Assembly: GCA_965213625.1 (NCBI GenBank)
Contig: CBDBZU010000004.1
Coordinates: forward strand, 3,040,001-3,104,000
Source: a bacterium
GTDB lineage: Bacteria > UBA8248
Direction of reading: 5' to 3'
Length of the DNA stretch: 64,000 nucleotides
A program made the translations under genes and the position numbers. Position 1 is the first letter of the stretch. Each line of letters begins with the position of its first letter. Below, in pieces: positions 49,195 to 60,400 of this stretch. The notes beneath the pieces were generated by a model. The model was given only the letters and a program-made list of their open reading frames with translations, was not told the origin of the DNA and made no database searches.

Positions 49195-50913
49195 CTAAAA
49201 TACTATAAAGGCTAGAACACCAGCAATGATAAATATTTGATCGGTGGCCACTTCCATGAGTCCGCTATGCCCCAATATCTTCTGAGAGTACCAATATAGA
49301 CATGTTCCCGCATAAACCACAGGTATGAGCATGGCATAACCATACAATGGAACCACCCATTCATTGATGGAAGCACTAACAAGAACAACGGCCAATGCAG
49401 CGCAAATCACTCCTAACAGCGCTTCTGTCTGTTCCTTTCCTAACACAATCGGTAAGGTCCTTTTGCCCACGATTCGATCACCTTGAATATCTCTCAATTC
49501 CATCAAACCGGTCCGGAAAATGACCAAACCGAAGGCGACAAATATGGACACTACCCAACCGGTGGAAATCATCTGGGAATTCGCCAATGCCGGTAGAAAC
49601 GCCAAGCTAAAGGTCCAGCCCGCCGCAAGAACCAAGATTTTCAAGGCCGGGAAATTCATTACCCTTCCCACAAGAGCTCGAGGCTCAAGCTTAAGGCTAC
49701 AGAAAATGGCCCAAATTAATCCCACAACCATAATGCCCCCGGTCAAATAGGAGACCCCGATACCGAACAGGATAGATACAAAAGCAGCAACTCCACCCAA
49801 GGACAATAGTTTGGTTTTGTGTTTTTCATAAAACTGAGCTCGATTAGGTTCGTTGTACCTATCAGCCTCGTAGCTGACACAACGATTTATCGTATGAGCG
49901 GCGAAAAGATACAGAGCTGCCGTTGTCGCAAGTTGCATCGAGAGGGGAAAACCACCCAACATCGAGATGGCTATACTGCCCAATAACGCAGAGAAGAAAA
50001 GAAGAACATTTGCTCTCGACAGTATTTTAAGAACATCGGACAGCTTATCTACGAAATTCGGATCCGGATCCGGAATCGCCTCAATTCGATTCACGACACG
50101 TCGAATCATCCAATCGGGTGTAGAAGCGCCCGCCGTAACGGCTATGTTTTTGTATTTCTGCAATAATTTTTCATCAATCTCATCTTCAGTTTCAATGAGA
50201 ATGGAATCCGCGCCCCCTTCCTTCGCCACCTCCACCAAGCGGTTCGTATTGCCGCTATTACGCCCTCCAACGACAACCATTAAGTCGACATCAGGTGCTA
50301 ATTTCTTTACTTCTTCTTGGCGAACTTCCGTCGCATCACAAATTGTATTAAACATTTGGGCTTGGGGGTATTTACTTAATATCGCTTCTTCCACATCTTT
50401 CCACTCACGCATGTTGATAGTAGTTTGCGCAACCACTACGACAGCTCGATCACCGATGTCCGGGAGCCCGGACACATCGTCCATGCACGTTATCAGGTGG
50501 TTGCCAGCCTCCGCGTACCCTTTATGGCCATCCACCTCCGGGTGGCCTTCTTCTCCAATAATTACTGTGAATGCACCCATGCGAGAATGTTTTCTGATTA
50601 CTCCATGAACTTTGGCCACCAGGGGGCAAGTTGCATCTCTAAGACCAGCGCCAGAACTTCTTAACCGATCACGAACTTGAGGCGAGATGCCGTGCGCTCG
50701 AATAACGACCAAGCTCGTACTACTTGGCGTCTCTTGAGGGTCAGACACCAATACACTCTTTTCCTCCAATAATTCCACCGTCTGTGGATTGTGAATCAAT
50801 GGCCCGTGCGTGAGGACTTCGCTGGACGCATCATTGGCTGTGTCCAAGGCGATATCGAGTGCCCTTTCCACTCCCCAGCAGAAACCAGCCGTCTTAGCTA
50901 GCTTGACTCTCAA
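49195..50913 (-). CDS. ispH: IspH (HMBPP reductase) fused to a UbiA-like prenyltransferase domain
   Basis: AGFCWGV, LIHN, RAHG, DATCPLV, HPEV, AQTT, NTICDAT, SGNT, TAGASTP; C-terminal multi-TM domain with RDIQGDRIVGKRTLP. Confidence 0.92.
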   Translation of the reverse strand: MRVKLAKTAGFCWGVERALDIALDTANDASSEVLTHGPLIHNPQTVELLEEKSVLVSDPQETPSSTSLVVIRAHGISPQVRDRLRSSGAGLRDATCPLVAKVHGVIRKHSRMGAFTVIIGEEGHPEVDGHKGYAEAGNHLITCMDDVSGLPDIGDRAVVVVAQTTINMREWKDVEEAILSKYPQAQMFNTICDATEVRQEEVKKLAPDVDLMVVVGGRNSGNTNRLVEVAKEGGADSILIETEDEIDEKLLQKYKNIAVTAGASTPDWMIRRVVNRIEAIPDPDPNFVDKLSDVLKILSRANVLLFFSALLGSIAISMLGGFPLSMQLATTAALYLFAAHTINRCVSYEADRYNEPNRAQFYEKHKTKLLSLGGVAAFVSILFGIGVSYLTGGIMVVGLIWAIFCSLKLEPRALVGRVMNFPALKILVLAAGWTFSLAFLPALANSQMISTGWVVSIFVAFGLVIFRTGLMELRDIQGDRIVGKRTLPIVLGKEQTEALLGVICAALAVVLVSASINEWVVPLYGYAMLIPVVYAGTCLYWYSQKILGHSGLMEVATDQIFIIAGVLAFIVF

Positions 50914-51015
50914 CTACAATCCTCCTGAGTGACATGAATATGCCGTATGGTCCTTCCCGCTTCCACATTCACACACTATAGCCCTACTCTCGAATAATAT
51001 GCAATAAAATACAAA

Positions 51016-51561
51016 TCAACTATCATACGAAAAGCGAGGCCGCTCAAAGCGATATTCGATGATAGGCGGTGCATGTTCCAGGTGAGTGAGATCAGAGATT
51101 CGAAACCAACCACCGGAAGCATCCAAAATCACCTCGCCGATCGTGCTGGGTAGATCGAACCTCTTCGGGCCGCAACTCCCAGGATTGAAGAATACGGTCT
51201 TCCCTATCATTCGGCAAAGCGGCTGATGACTATGACCGAAAATCACCAGATCCATCGCTTCATGTTCAAGAAGCATATTTAATTCCCGGGATGGTCCACC
51301 CCGGTGCCAGACAATATGCTGAATCATGATGCGCCAGCCTGCAATAAGGGTTTTCTCCCGTACTGGTGCCAAATCGGAGGCATCCACGTTTCCCGAAACA
51401 CACACGACGGGGGCAATGCTCTCTAGCGCCGGCAAGATGATGTCAGAACCTACATCTCCGGCATGAAAGATATAGTCAGTATCCTGACAAAATTCGAGCA
51501 CGTCTTGCGTAAGTCGACCATGAGTATCCGACAAAACGCATATTCTAACGCTCGAAGTCAT
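51016..51561 (-). CDS. YfcE-like metallophosphoesterase
   Basis: SDTHG, HAGD, GNVD, FGHSH, NPGS. Confidence 0.9.
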   Translation of the reverse strand: MTSSVRICVLSDTHGRLTQDVLEFCQDTDYIFHAGDVGSDIILPALESIAPVVCVSGNVDASDLAPVREKTLIAGWRIMIQHIVWHRGGPSRELNMLLEHEAMDLVIFGHSHQPLCRMIGKTVFFNPGSCGPKRFDLPSTIGEVILDASGGWFRISDLTHLEHAPPIIEYRFERPRFSYDS

Positions 51562-51760
51562 TGTTGATGGTCCTATAAGTCTCATCCGCACAAGATGTCA
51601 GATAAAACCCTCGCTTCCATAAGAGGAAATAGAGGTGGATGTTTCTGAAGTAGGAAACTGTATTTTTCGTTCTTGCTCATTGCAAATAAATCACTCAATT
51701 CCCATACATCCTTTTCCGCATGAAAAAAGCAAGCATGGCATACCGAGACACAGGGGAATG

Positions 51761-52621
51761 CTAGTTTTTTAATCTTCCGCCCAATACGATACCGATCAAT
51801 ACAAGAGAGCATGCGAAGAGCCGACTTGGCGTAGGAACTTCCTGAAGCAGCCACCAAGCCAATCCCGTTGCCACTAATGGCTCTCCCACAACTGCAAGCG
51901 CCACTTTCCCGGGGTATAAATGACCCAACGCATAATTAACCGAAGTATGACCAATCAATGTCGGAACAAGTATCATGGCGAATAAGAGAAGCCAGGTATC
52001 ATTGGAATAATCGCTGAGAGGTTGTTCCAGAACGAAAGCCGCACCAATCAGCAAAATTCCGCTGAATCCATAACACCCCGTCACGTATGTCGCAACTGGA
52101 ATTTTCACTCTCAGCTTTCGGCCGCATAGCATATAAGCGGAGGCCATCACAGCCGCAGACAACGCGAGAGAATTTCCCCAGAAGCTCCCTGCCCAGCCCA
52201 TAAAGTCGGAAAACGCCAAAACTGCGCTACCGCCTATCGCCATCACCACACCGAGCCAAAAATTCCGCCCTTCCCTTTCTCCCAAAAGAACGATTGCGCC
52301 GATTCCTGCAAATATGGGATTGGTCGTCGCAAGCACGACGGAACTTGCTACCGACGTATGCGATAGCGATTCTATCCAAAACGCAAAATGAAAAGCCAAA
52401 AATGTACCCGAACCCACCCAGATTATCTTCTCTTGCATCGACAAGGCGCCCCATACGTTCAGGACGTTCCTCCATGTGAACGGCAGCAACAATAAAGCAC
52501 CGCCACCCATTCGGTATGCCGCAATAGCCAATGGTTCAGCATCCGCCAAACGTATGAGTATGGCGGAGCTGCCCAGGGCAATGACCCCTACGAACAAATA
52601 AAAATACACGGGAATTTTCAT
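51761..52621 (-). CDS. DMT/EamA family transporter
   Basis: Ten TM helices; SSAILIR, HFAFWIESL.HTSVA, PTLIGH. Confidence 0.9.
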   Translation of the reverse strand: MKIPVYFYLFVGVIALGSSAILIRLADAEPLAIAAYRMGGGALLLLPFTWRNVLNVWGALSMQEKIIWVGSGTFLAFHFAFWIESLSHTSVASSVVLATTNPIFAGIGAIVLLGEREGRNFWLGVVMAIGGSAVLAFSDFMGWAGSFWGNSLALSAAVMASAYMLCGRKLRVKIPVATYVTGCYGFSGILLIGAAFVLEQPLSDYSNDTWLLLFAMILVPTLIGHTSVNYALGHLYPGKVALAVVGEPLVATGLAWWLLQEVPTPSRLFACSLVLIGIVLGGRLKN

Positions 52622-52670
52622 GATTAAGCTTCAGGGCCGGATTGAACAGGGCCGGTGCTTTGGAAGCCGT

Positions 52671-53453
52671 CTATAAATCATTGATGAATTGGGCGATGAA
52701 ATCTCCGACGATATCAGGTTGCTCCAGCATCACCATATGACCAGATTGTGGAACAACAAAATATTTGGCATTCGGCATCTTTTCGGACATAAATTGAGAA
52801 TATTTGGGAGGCGTTAAAAGATCATCTGCCCCACACACGATCAGAGCGGGAGTAGAGATTGATTCCAATTCGGGGATTACATCGAATTGATTGCACGCCA
52901 TGAAGTCATGATGCAGGGTATCTGCATCGCATCGCAACAAACTTCGGGTGCTTTCTCGGATAAGAGATGGTTCTGCTGTCGGGGAAAAAGAAAAATTTAT
53001 AATTTCATTCACAGTATTTACAAAATCGCTTTTCACACCCCCTAAAATGGAATCTTTCACTCTGAGTTTCGCGCCTGAGCCAATAAGAATGACACCTTGC
53101 AACAACTCAGAATGCGTCATAACACTTTCAAGAACTACAGCGCCCCCCATTGAATGGCCGCTGAGAAAAACAGATTTCAACTTTTTGGCTTTCAAGAATT
53201 CAAGAACGATGCGGCTGTATTCTTTGATATCCGAGATTTGTGCTGCATCAGATTCGCCGTGACCGGGCAACTCCAGAGCCAAGCTGCTGACATCCAGTTC
53301 CGCCAAATTCCGCATTAAAGGAATCCAGCTTTCCCTATACCCCCCTGCCCCATGAATACAGACGACAACGCTGCTTGAAACCGGGGGACCGGCCTCACAA
53401 TAGGCGATCCTGTAATCAGATAGACTTAGATCATCCTGACGCAACCAAGACAA
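52671..53453 (-). CDS. Alpha/beta hydrolase
   Basis: IHGAGG, LPGHG, GHSMGG nucleophile elbow, GADD, GHMVMLE. Confidence 0.92.
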   Translation of the reverse strand: MSWLRQDDLSLSDYRIAYCEAGPPVSSSVVVCIHGAGGYRESWIPLMRNLAELDVSSLALELPGHGESDAAQISDIKEYSRIVLEFLKAKKLKSVFLSGHSMGGAVVLESVMTHSELLQGVILIGSGAKLRVKDSILGGVKSDFVNTVNEIINFSFSPTAEPSLIRESTRSLLRCDADTLHHDFMACNQFDVIPELESISTPALIVCGADDLLTPPKYSQFMSEKMPNAKYFVVPQSGHMVMLEQPDIVGDFIAQFINDL

Positions 53454-53496
53454 GTAAAGAGCATCCTAAACTATCAGAGAGTCATGAAATAGAGAA

Positions 53497-53823
53497 TTAA
53501 ATAGCGCGATCGATGGCAGCCTTCAAATCGGCTTTTGATTTAACTCCCACGACCTGTTCTACAACCTCACCTCCCTTGAATAACATCAATGTCGGGATAC
53601 CGCGTATTCCAAATTTCGTGGGAACCGATGGATTCTCATCTATATTCAACTTTCCGATGCGCACTTTTCCTTCGTATTCCTGAGCAAGAGCTTCAACAGT
53701 TGGCGCTATCATTTTACAAGGAGCACACCACTCCGCCCAAAAATCAACTAATGTAGGAGTATCTGAGCCGATCACATCCGTATCGAAATTTTGGTCCGTA
53801 AACTCGAAAACACCTTCCGCCAT
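53497..53823 (-). CDS. trxA: Thioredoxin
   Basis: VDFWAEWCAPCKMI, GIPTL. Confidence 0.95.
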   Translation of the reverse strand: MAEGVFEFTDQNFDTDVIGSDTPTLVDFWAEWCAPCKMIAPTVEALAQEYEGKVRIGKLNIDENPSVPTKFGIRGIPTLMLFKGGEVVEQVVGVKSKADLKAAIDRAI

Positions 53824-54062
53824 CTCATATCCTCCGGGGCAAATTTCATCAGGCTGGATTAACCGACAAGCAACTAAAGCTATGCCAAAATTATTTTTCT
53901 CAGGCGAGCATGACTTTTCGATGAAAAACGTGGAATATCATTCCCTATTGGCGAATCGGCGTCAACACCACATTCCCTACAATCTATCGGGTTTTCTTGA
54001 ACTCGCGACTCCGGGTGGCCAGTTGGAAGCGACTATGGGCAATAAGAGGCGCAGGAGAAAAC

Positions 54063-57059
54063 TCAGGGCGTCTCAACTGGTTCTTCGCCTGGAATCTCAC
54101 TTACCAAGACCTGTCTTCGTTTTACTCCATCCGCCGGGCCGATGATTCCCTCTTGCTCCATACGTTCGATCATGCGCGCCGCCCTATTGTATCCAATCCT
54201 CAAATGTCTCTGGATCAGAGAAATAGATGCCTCCCGTGTCCTGGAGACAAGCGCAATCGCATCATCATACCGCTCATCATACTCTTCATCGTTATTTGGC
54301 TCATTCTGAGAGGCGTTTTCATCTTCTACAAACCAATCATCCCGGAAAAACGCTTCCCCTTGAGATTTCCAATGAGCAACGAGTTGAGAAATCTCATTAT
54401 CTGAAACATATGCTCCATGAATACGAACAGGAGTGCTAGACCCTGGCGGCACGAATAACATGTCCCCTTTACCTAGTAGGCGTTCTGCCCCATTTGAATC
54501 CAAGATTGTCCGAGAATCTGTTCGTGTAGCAACGCGGAGCGCCATTCTGGATGGGAAATTTGCTTTAATGAGACCAGTGAGAACATCCACAGAAGGACGT
54601 TGGGTGGCGACCAATAAATGGATACCAGATGCACGGGCCATCTGGGCCAGGCGCGTCATCGATTCTTCCACCTCACGTGGCGCAACCATCATCAGATCCG
54701 CTAATTCATCAATCACCACAACGATATAAGGAAGAAAATCAAGAGCAGACTCCTCTTTGGAGAGAGATTCTTTCCACCTTTCATTCGCCTTTTTCTCACC
54801 CAATTGCTGCGCCACGGATGCATTGTAGCCCTCGATGTTCCTTACTCCTGCCTTACTCATCATCTTGTATCGCCGTTCCATCTCCACCAAGACACCCCTT
54901 AGGCCTGCAGCTGCTTTCTTGGGATCAGTCACAACAGGAACGAGCTGATGAGGGATGCCTTCATAGATCGACAACTCCAGCATTTTAGGGTCAATCATCA
55001 GAAAACGAACCTCTCGAGGTGTGCACCTAGCCAAAAGGCTACAAATCATCATATTCAGGGCAACGCTTTTCCCTGCGCCGGTTGTTCCCGCAATCAAGAG
55101 ATGTGGAATTTTTGCCAAATCGGTAAACGCCGTTCTTCCAAGAATATCCTTTCCCAAGCCCATCGTAAGCTTATCTTCGGCCTGTATGAATTCCCTTGAA
55201 GAGAGCACTTCTTTAGCTAGAACGGCGTCACGTTTAATATTAGGTACCTCGATGCCTACAACCGATTTTCCGGGAATGGGGGCAACAATTCGGACACTTA
55301 GCGCGGATAAAGCTCGGGCAAGATCGTCTGCGAGGCCGGTAATCTTAGAAACCTTGATCCCCGGGGCAGGATCATACTCGAAACTTGTAATGACTGGACC
55401 TGTTTTTACTTCCCTTACAATTCCAACGACGCCAAATTCTTTTAAAGTTTGCTCAAGAAGTAAAGAATGTTCGCGTATGCCTGCTTCGTCCACTACCAAT
55501 CCGCCGGAGGGCGGATCCGCAAAAATATCCATCGAGGGAAGAACATAATTTTTCTTCGGTTCAGGGATTCGTTGATCCCGCTGAGTATCTTCCTCCGGTG
55601 TCTTGGAACGTACCAGGGCATGGTCTTGAATTTGGACGGCATCCGACTCGCCGACGGTTCCCGCGTGTCTCACTATAATTTCTGCATCCGTTTTTCGGCT
55701 CGTGGCCGACTCTTCAACTGGATTTTCATCATTCAACGAAGGTGAATCGGATAGCTCATCAAGTGTCTCTTCAGGGGCATGAGCCTCTTTCAGCGAAGTA
55801 GGCAATACAGCGCCATTGCCATCAAGATTTTTCTTCCGTTTAATCCGCAGACCGCCGGGCACAGATTTTCTCTCTGATTTCACCTGTTTTGCTTCATCTT
55901 CGCTTTTCTCAATTGCCTTTTGCGGAAGTTCGTTATCCACGTTCAGGGGCAAGTCGTTACGCGTTCCATAGTTGGCCAGGCGCAGATCGTCATCATCATT
56001 TCGGAGAAGCGTATCCAACGCCGTTCTTGGCATTGCTTCCTCGAAATGATTATACGGGTTTTCAGTGAGTTCAAATTCCTCCTCGCCGGCTGCCGGGCCT
56101 CGCAGCGCAGGCAACTCCGGCTCTGGAAATTTCTCTCCTCCAAACAGCGAGGGGCCATTTTGCGCCGATGGGCGTGAAACACGCCTTCCATGCTTTTGGT
56201 TTAAGGTGCATGAATTATTCGGCTCCAAAATCAACTTGCTGACATCTTTTTTCGAGTGGCTCTGCCGTGGTTTCTCGCTCTCTAAGCCGTTTTCCCCGAA
56301 AAATCCCGTCCCTGCATCTTCACCACCCGCTATCGCCTCTGCATATCCGGCATGCGGCTCCTTTTCACTTAGCGCTGCCGGAAAAGATAAGATCGCTGAA
56401 ATCAGTTTCCGGGTCGCAAATGCAACGCCCCTTGTTGACCCAAGCACCACTCTTTTGAAAACCGTAAAGATTCGCGAAAAAAACCACCAATGCGCAACCG
56501 CCAGCCCCGATATCATTTTTTTGAATGAAAAACCGGTAATGCCAACAAACGAAGCCAGTAACACGGAAGCAAGCAGGACCCAACTACCCGCACTACCCAG
56601 AGAAGTACTGAGCAACATAACGACACCATAACCGACAATTCCACCGGCCAGCGTCGTCGCACCAAAAAGAGGATCGGTTTCAAAAGACTTGAAAAATAAC
56701 CCAGAGGCACTCAAAAGGAAAAATAAACCAACCAGTTCGCGCCAACCCGGTCGCCATGAGCGCAAACCTGCGAAAGCGGTTACGCCCCATACAAGAAATC
56801 CGATGGGCATCAATACCGAGAATGCGCCCACCGCCTGAACCATGGCGCCGGCAGTATATGCACCTACAGCTCCACCATAGTTTCGGATTTGCCATTTTTG
56901 ATTGACGTATGCGCCCCAAGTCGGATCGCCGGAATTGAAAGTCCAAAGCGATAACGCAAGAAAAACCGCGAATCCAACTAAGGATACACCTACGATTTCA
57001 TTGGTTCTTTGAGAAACTGGAGATGGTCCAGCCTGGATACCCGAGCGACGAGTAGGCAT
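54063..57059 (-). CDS. ftsK: DNA translocase FtsK
   Basis: N-terminal 4TM (NYGG.VGA), long acidic linker, HLLIAGTTGAGKS, IDELADLM, ATQRPSVD, gamma domain QRHLRIGYNRAAR. Start approximate. Confidence 0.95.
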   Translation of the reverse strand: MPTRRSGIQAGPSPVSQRTNEIVGVSLVGFAVFLALSLWTFNSGDPTWGAYVNQKWQIRNYGGAVGAYTAGAMVQAVGAFSVLMPIGFLVWGVTAFAGLRSWRPGWRELVGLFFLLSASGLFFKSFETDPLFGATTLAGGIVGYGVVMLLSTSLGSAGSWVLLASVLLASFVGITGFSFKKMISGLAVAHWWFFSRIFTVFKRVVLGSTRGVAFATRKLISAILSFPAALSEKEPHAGYAEAIAGGEDAGTGFFGENGLESEKPRQSHSKKDVSKLILEPNNSCTLNQKHGRRVSRPSAQNGPSLFGGEKFPEPELPALRGPAAGEEEFELTENPYNHFEEAMPRTALDTLLRNDDDDLRLANYGTRNDLPLNVDNELPQKAIEKSEDEAKQVKSERKSVPGGLRIKRKKNLDGNGAVLPTSLKEAHAPEETLDELSDSPSLNDENPVEESATSRKTDAEIIVRHAGTVGESDAVQIQDHALVRSKTPEEDTQRDQRIPEPKKNYVLPSMDIFADPPSGGLVVDEAGIREHSLLLEQTLKEFGVVGIVREVKTGPVITSFEYDPAPGIKVSKITGLADDLARALSALSVRIVAPIPGKSVVGIEVPNIKRDAVLAKEVLSSREFIQAEDKLTMGLGKDILGRTAFTDLAKIPHLLIAGTTGAGKSVALNMMICSLLARCTPREVRFLMIDPKMLELSIYEGIPHQLVPVVTDPKKAAAGLRGVLVEMERRYKMMSKAGVRNIEGYNASVAQQLGEKKANERWKESLSKEESALDFLPYIVVVIDELADLMMVAPREVEESMTRLAQMARASGIHLLVATQRPSVDVLTGLIKANFPSRMALRVATRTDSRTILDSNGAERLLGKGDMLFVPPGSSTPVRIHGAYVSDNEISQLVAHWKSQGEAFFRDDWFVEDENASQNEPNNDEEYDERYDDAIALVSRTREASISLIQRHLRIGYNRAARMIERMEQEGIIGPADGVKRRQVLVSEIPGEEPVETP

Positions 57060-57435
57060 AAACTGAATCCTATGTTCCCACCCACAAGCAGAGTAGGATA
57101 TGTGTCCTCGGGCAGAGGAAAACCTAGAAACGCTATCAAATTTAAGTGGGAAATGCAAGAAAAGTTTGAGGTTAATGATTTCATATGTGGAAATCATCAA
57201 CCGAATCCATTATCTAAAACATCTACAAGTGGAAGTCTGTTCCTGCTATTTTCATCATTTTCGCCAAAATACGGCATGCCCTGGAAATATAGTTTCGAAT
57301 CAAGTTGCAATGTGGGGAGTGATATTTATATCGCTCACTCTTCTATATTAATACCTGGCATATATCGATTCAATTCTTATCATAGGGGCTTATTACAAAG
57401 ACTCCACATGCCAAAGGGAGGGGCTCATCGCCGGA

Positions 57436-60400
57436 TTACTTTACGCCAAACAAACCACGGAGTCCTTTTTGCAAGGTTTTCTCGAGATTTTTTCCAAATT
57501 GCTCAAGTTTATTTTTTTCAGCTTCTTTCCCGGAGTTTTTGTCTGGCGATGTTCTGCTGTCCTTCGGTATTGGCACTATTTTTTGCACCCCCTCTATGGC
57601 AGTGCCGAGAATTCCGGTTACGATATCCTTCACATTACCTCCCAGGTTCAGCGCCTTCTCGAACAGGTTCACAAACAAGGGCTCCACAATCGCGTCCAGA
57701 ACATGAAACTCGGGGTCATCCAAACGCCCGGTTACCTGAACATTCAATTCAATCGTATCGTCCGGCCTCTCGAAAAGACGGAATACCGTCTCGCGGAGTA
57801 ATTTCACCACGATATCGACCAAGGGAAACGTCTCGTCTGGTTTCATGCGCAATCCGATAAGCTTCGCCTTCCCGTCTAACTTCAATTGGCTCTTTCTCAA
57901 CGAATATGTGGACTTGAAATCCAGCGCGCCTCTCGTGATTTCGCTCCCTCTCATCAACAAGGCGCTTGCGCTCTCTCCCTTGCTGTCTCGGATATAAGGA
58001 GAAATTTTGCGCAGGTCGAAATGCGAAAGGTTGAAAATTCCATCCGCATCAGGGGGCGCAGAACCTGGGTTCAAGTTCGCCTTCGCCAGGATGGAGGGCG
58101 ATTGACCAAGCGTCTTGAACTCCAGACGCGTTTCCCGCAGGCTGGGAGCCATTAGCGTATCCAAATTTCTGACCGAAAGCTTGGCATCCGGAACCTTCAC
58201 AATAACCGGCGGTTTATCTGCGGCGATAAAATCTTGAAAATGAAACCCCATCCTGGCGACTTCGAATTTTTCTATTTTGACCACCGGGAAAAGAGGTGCA
58301 TTCCGCAGATTCTCGCCCTTTAGGCGCTTCCCCGATCCCACTTTCGCATCTGAAGATAAAGGAGGAACTGGGAGCTTCTTGCCCCGCGCCGTTGTTCCCT
58401 TTTCTCCATTCTTCATTCGCTGGGCTCGTTTCTCCCCTCTTTCCGCCACCTCCAATAATGAATCAAAATTGGTTGTTCCCTTCTCGTGGCGCACATAGCG
58501 AATGTTCAACTTGTTGATACGAACGCTCGGCGATCGTATCTCTCCCCGCGAAATCGACGAGCGATTCAGCGATGCACTTAAATCTCTGAGAATAACGTCG
58601 GGCTCTGAATTCGGTTTTTTGAAATTGATCGTCTTTAGCGTCGGAATTCGAATTTTAATTGCATCGTCATCCCCATGCCCCGAAAAACCACCCGCTACTT
58701 TCAAATTCGGATAAGTAACATGCGCGAGCGATGAGAAATTCGCCGCGAACGACCAATTGGTGGAAATCGATTGTGCGTTTTTACTGCTTCTCAAAAATTT
58801 CATTGAGCCATTGGCGACGCCGGCCAATGTAAATTCCGATATCGGCGCTCCCCAAATACTCCCTGCCAAACGAGCTGCACCCTCAAGACTCGATACCGCC
58901 CATTGGATTCGGCCAGATTCCACTCCGTGCATACTCCAGCTGACGGGCCTGGATGTCCTAATATACCCGAATGGCATGTTCAGATTCAGACTCTGTAACT
59001 TCCCGGATTGATTTTGGAAATCATATGCACCCACAGTTTTCACGCTGAATTTGCCCGTACGTACTTTCTTCCAATCGCGGCTCATCAGCGTCAGGAATTC
59101 TCCGCTCAAATTTTCACTGGTGAGGCCGATATTCCAGTTCACCCTTTTCCCGGGAGCGTATGAAAACTCTAATGCCCCGCCAATCTTTCCAACTGGCTCA
59201 CGAACTACTGGAGGAAGCCCCACGAATTTCACCCAATGGGATACACGGAGAGGATTGAACGACGCCGAACCCTTATAGGAAAAACCAGACCCATTTTTTC
59301 TGTCTCTCATCCCGGAGAGCGAAATTTTGAGTTTTTCATTCTTAGGTCCCGCTTTAATCGGATGCTCCAACAATTCGCCCAACCACACTTCAGCGGTGCT
59401 CAAATCCGTGACGTCGATTGTCAACGAAAATACATCCCTGCCCTCTTTATTCCACAATGCCTTGCGATTCAGATACATCCTCGCAAAGGGCAACCTCAAA
59501 CCCAACGTCTGAATTTCAGCGAATTCTTTCGAGGCGGAATAGATGCCACTCGATTGAATCCCCATAGATTCCAGGACGACTCGACGCGGCTTTTCCTCTG
59601 AAATGAGCCTGGCCCTCGCACCGAGATTCTTCCCGACGATATCCGCCTTCCACTGGAGGACGCCACCCGGAGCCGAGGACACCTGTAATTCACCGCTTAC
59701 TCGACCGGTGGCTTTTTGCACATATGCAGACAAGGGGGCCAAGTCCAATAGTGGCGCGACCTGCAAAGAGACGAAACGCGCATTCACATCTGCTTTGAAG
59801 GCCGAGAGAGTTTTCCGGTTTCGCGACACAGCGACGTCAAAATTGAGCTTCGCACCTCGTGGGACATCTCCAAGAGATACCAAGTCGAGCCTTTGCAAGA
59901 AATCATTCGCAGATGGAAAGTCACGAACCTCGATGGAAAACGCAGCTTCATCATTACTATTTACATTCCATTTCGCGGGCTTTTTGAGTTTCGCCATAGC
60001 GAACGGCAACTTGATTTCCAGGGTGTTGATACTCGCGGACACATTCTTCGTATCGATGTTTCCCCTTGAGTGAAGAACGGTTTTCCCTAAAGACAGGGCC
60101 TTCCATTGATTTCTCTTGTCCATCCTTACTTTCGCGCCGAAGTCCCGGATTTCCAGAGCCACATCCCATCCCACACGTTCGCCGGAAACTAAAACTATTC
60201 GCGCTCTTCCGCCCACCTTTCCCTTAATTTTCGAGACATGGTCAACAGGGGGAATCAATTTATCGAACCGATCCAGACCCACCGGATCGAAGCGGGACTC
60301 CACCTCTACCTGGACGAAGTCGTCCGTCTTCTTGCGAACCCGCTTCGCCGATATGATAACCCGGGCTGTCGCTCTTTCCTGGAACCCTCTTAGGTCAATG

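Noticed and set aside
53940-54060. Possible tRNA between trxA and ftsK
   Set aside because: No cloverleaf, T-loop or CCA end on either strand.
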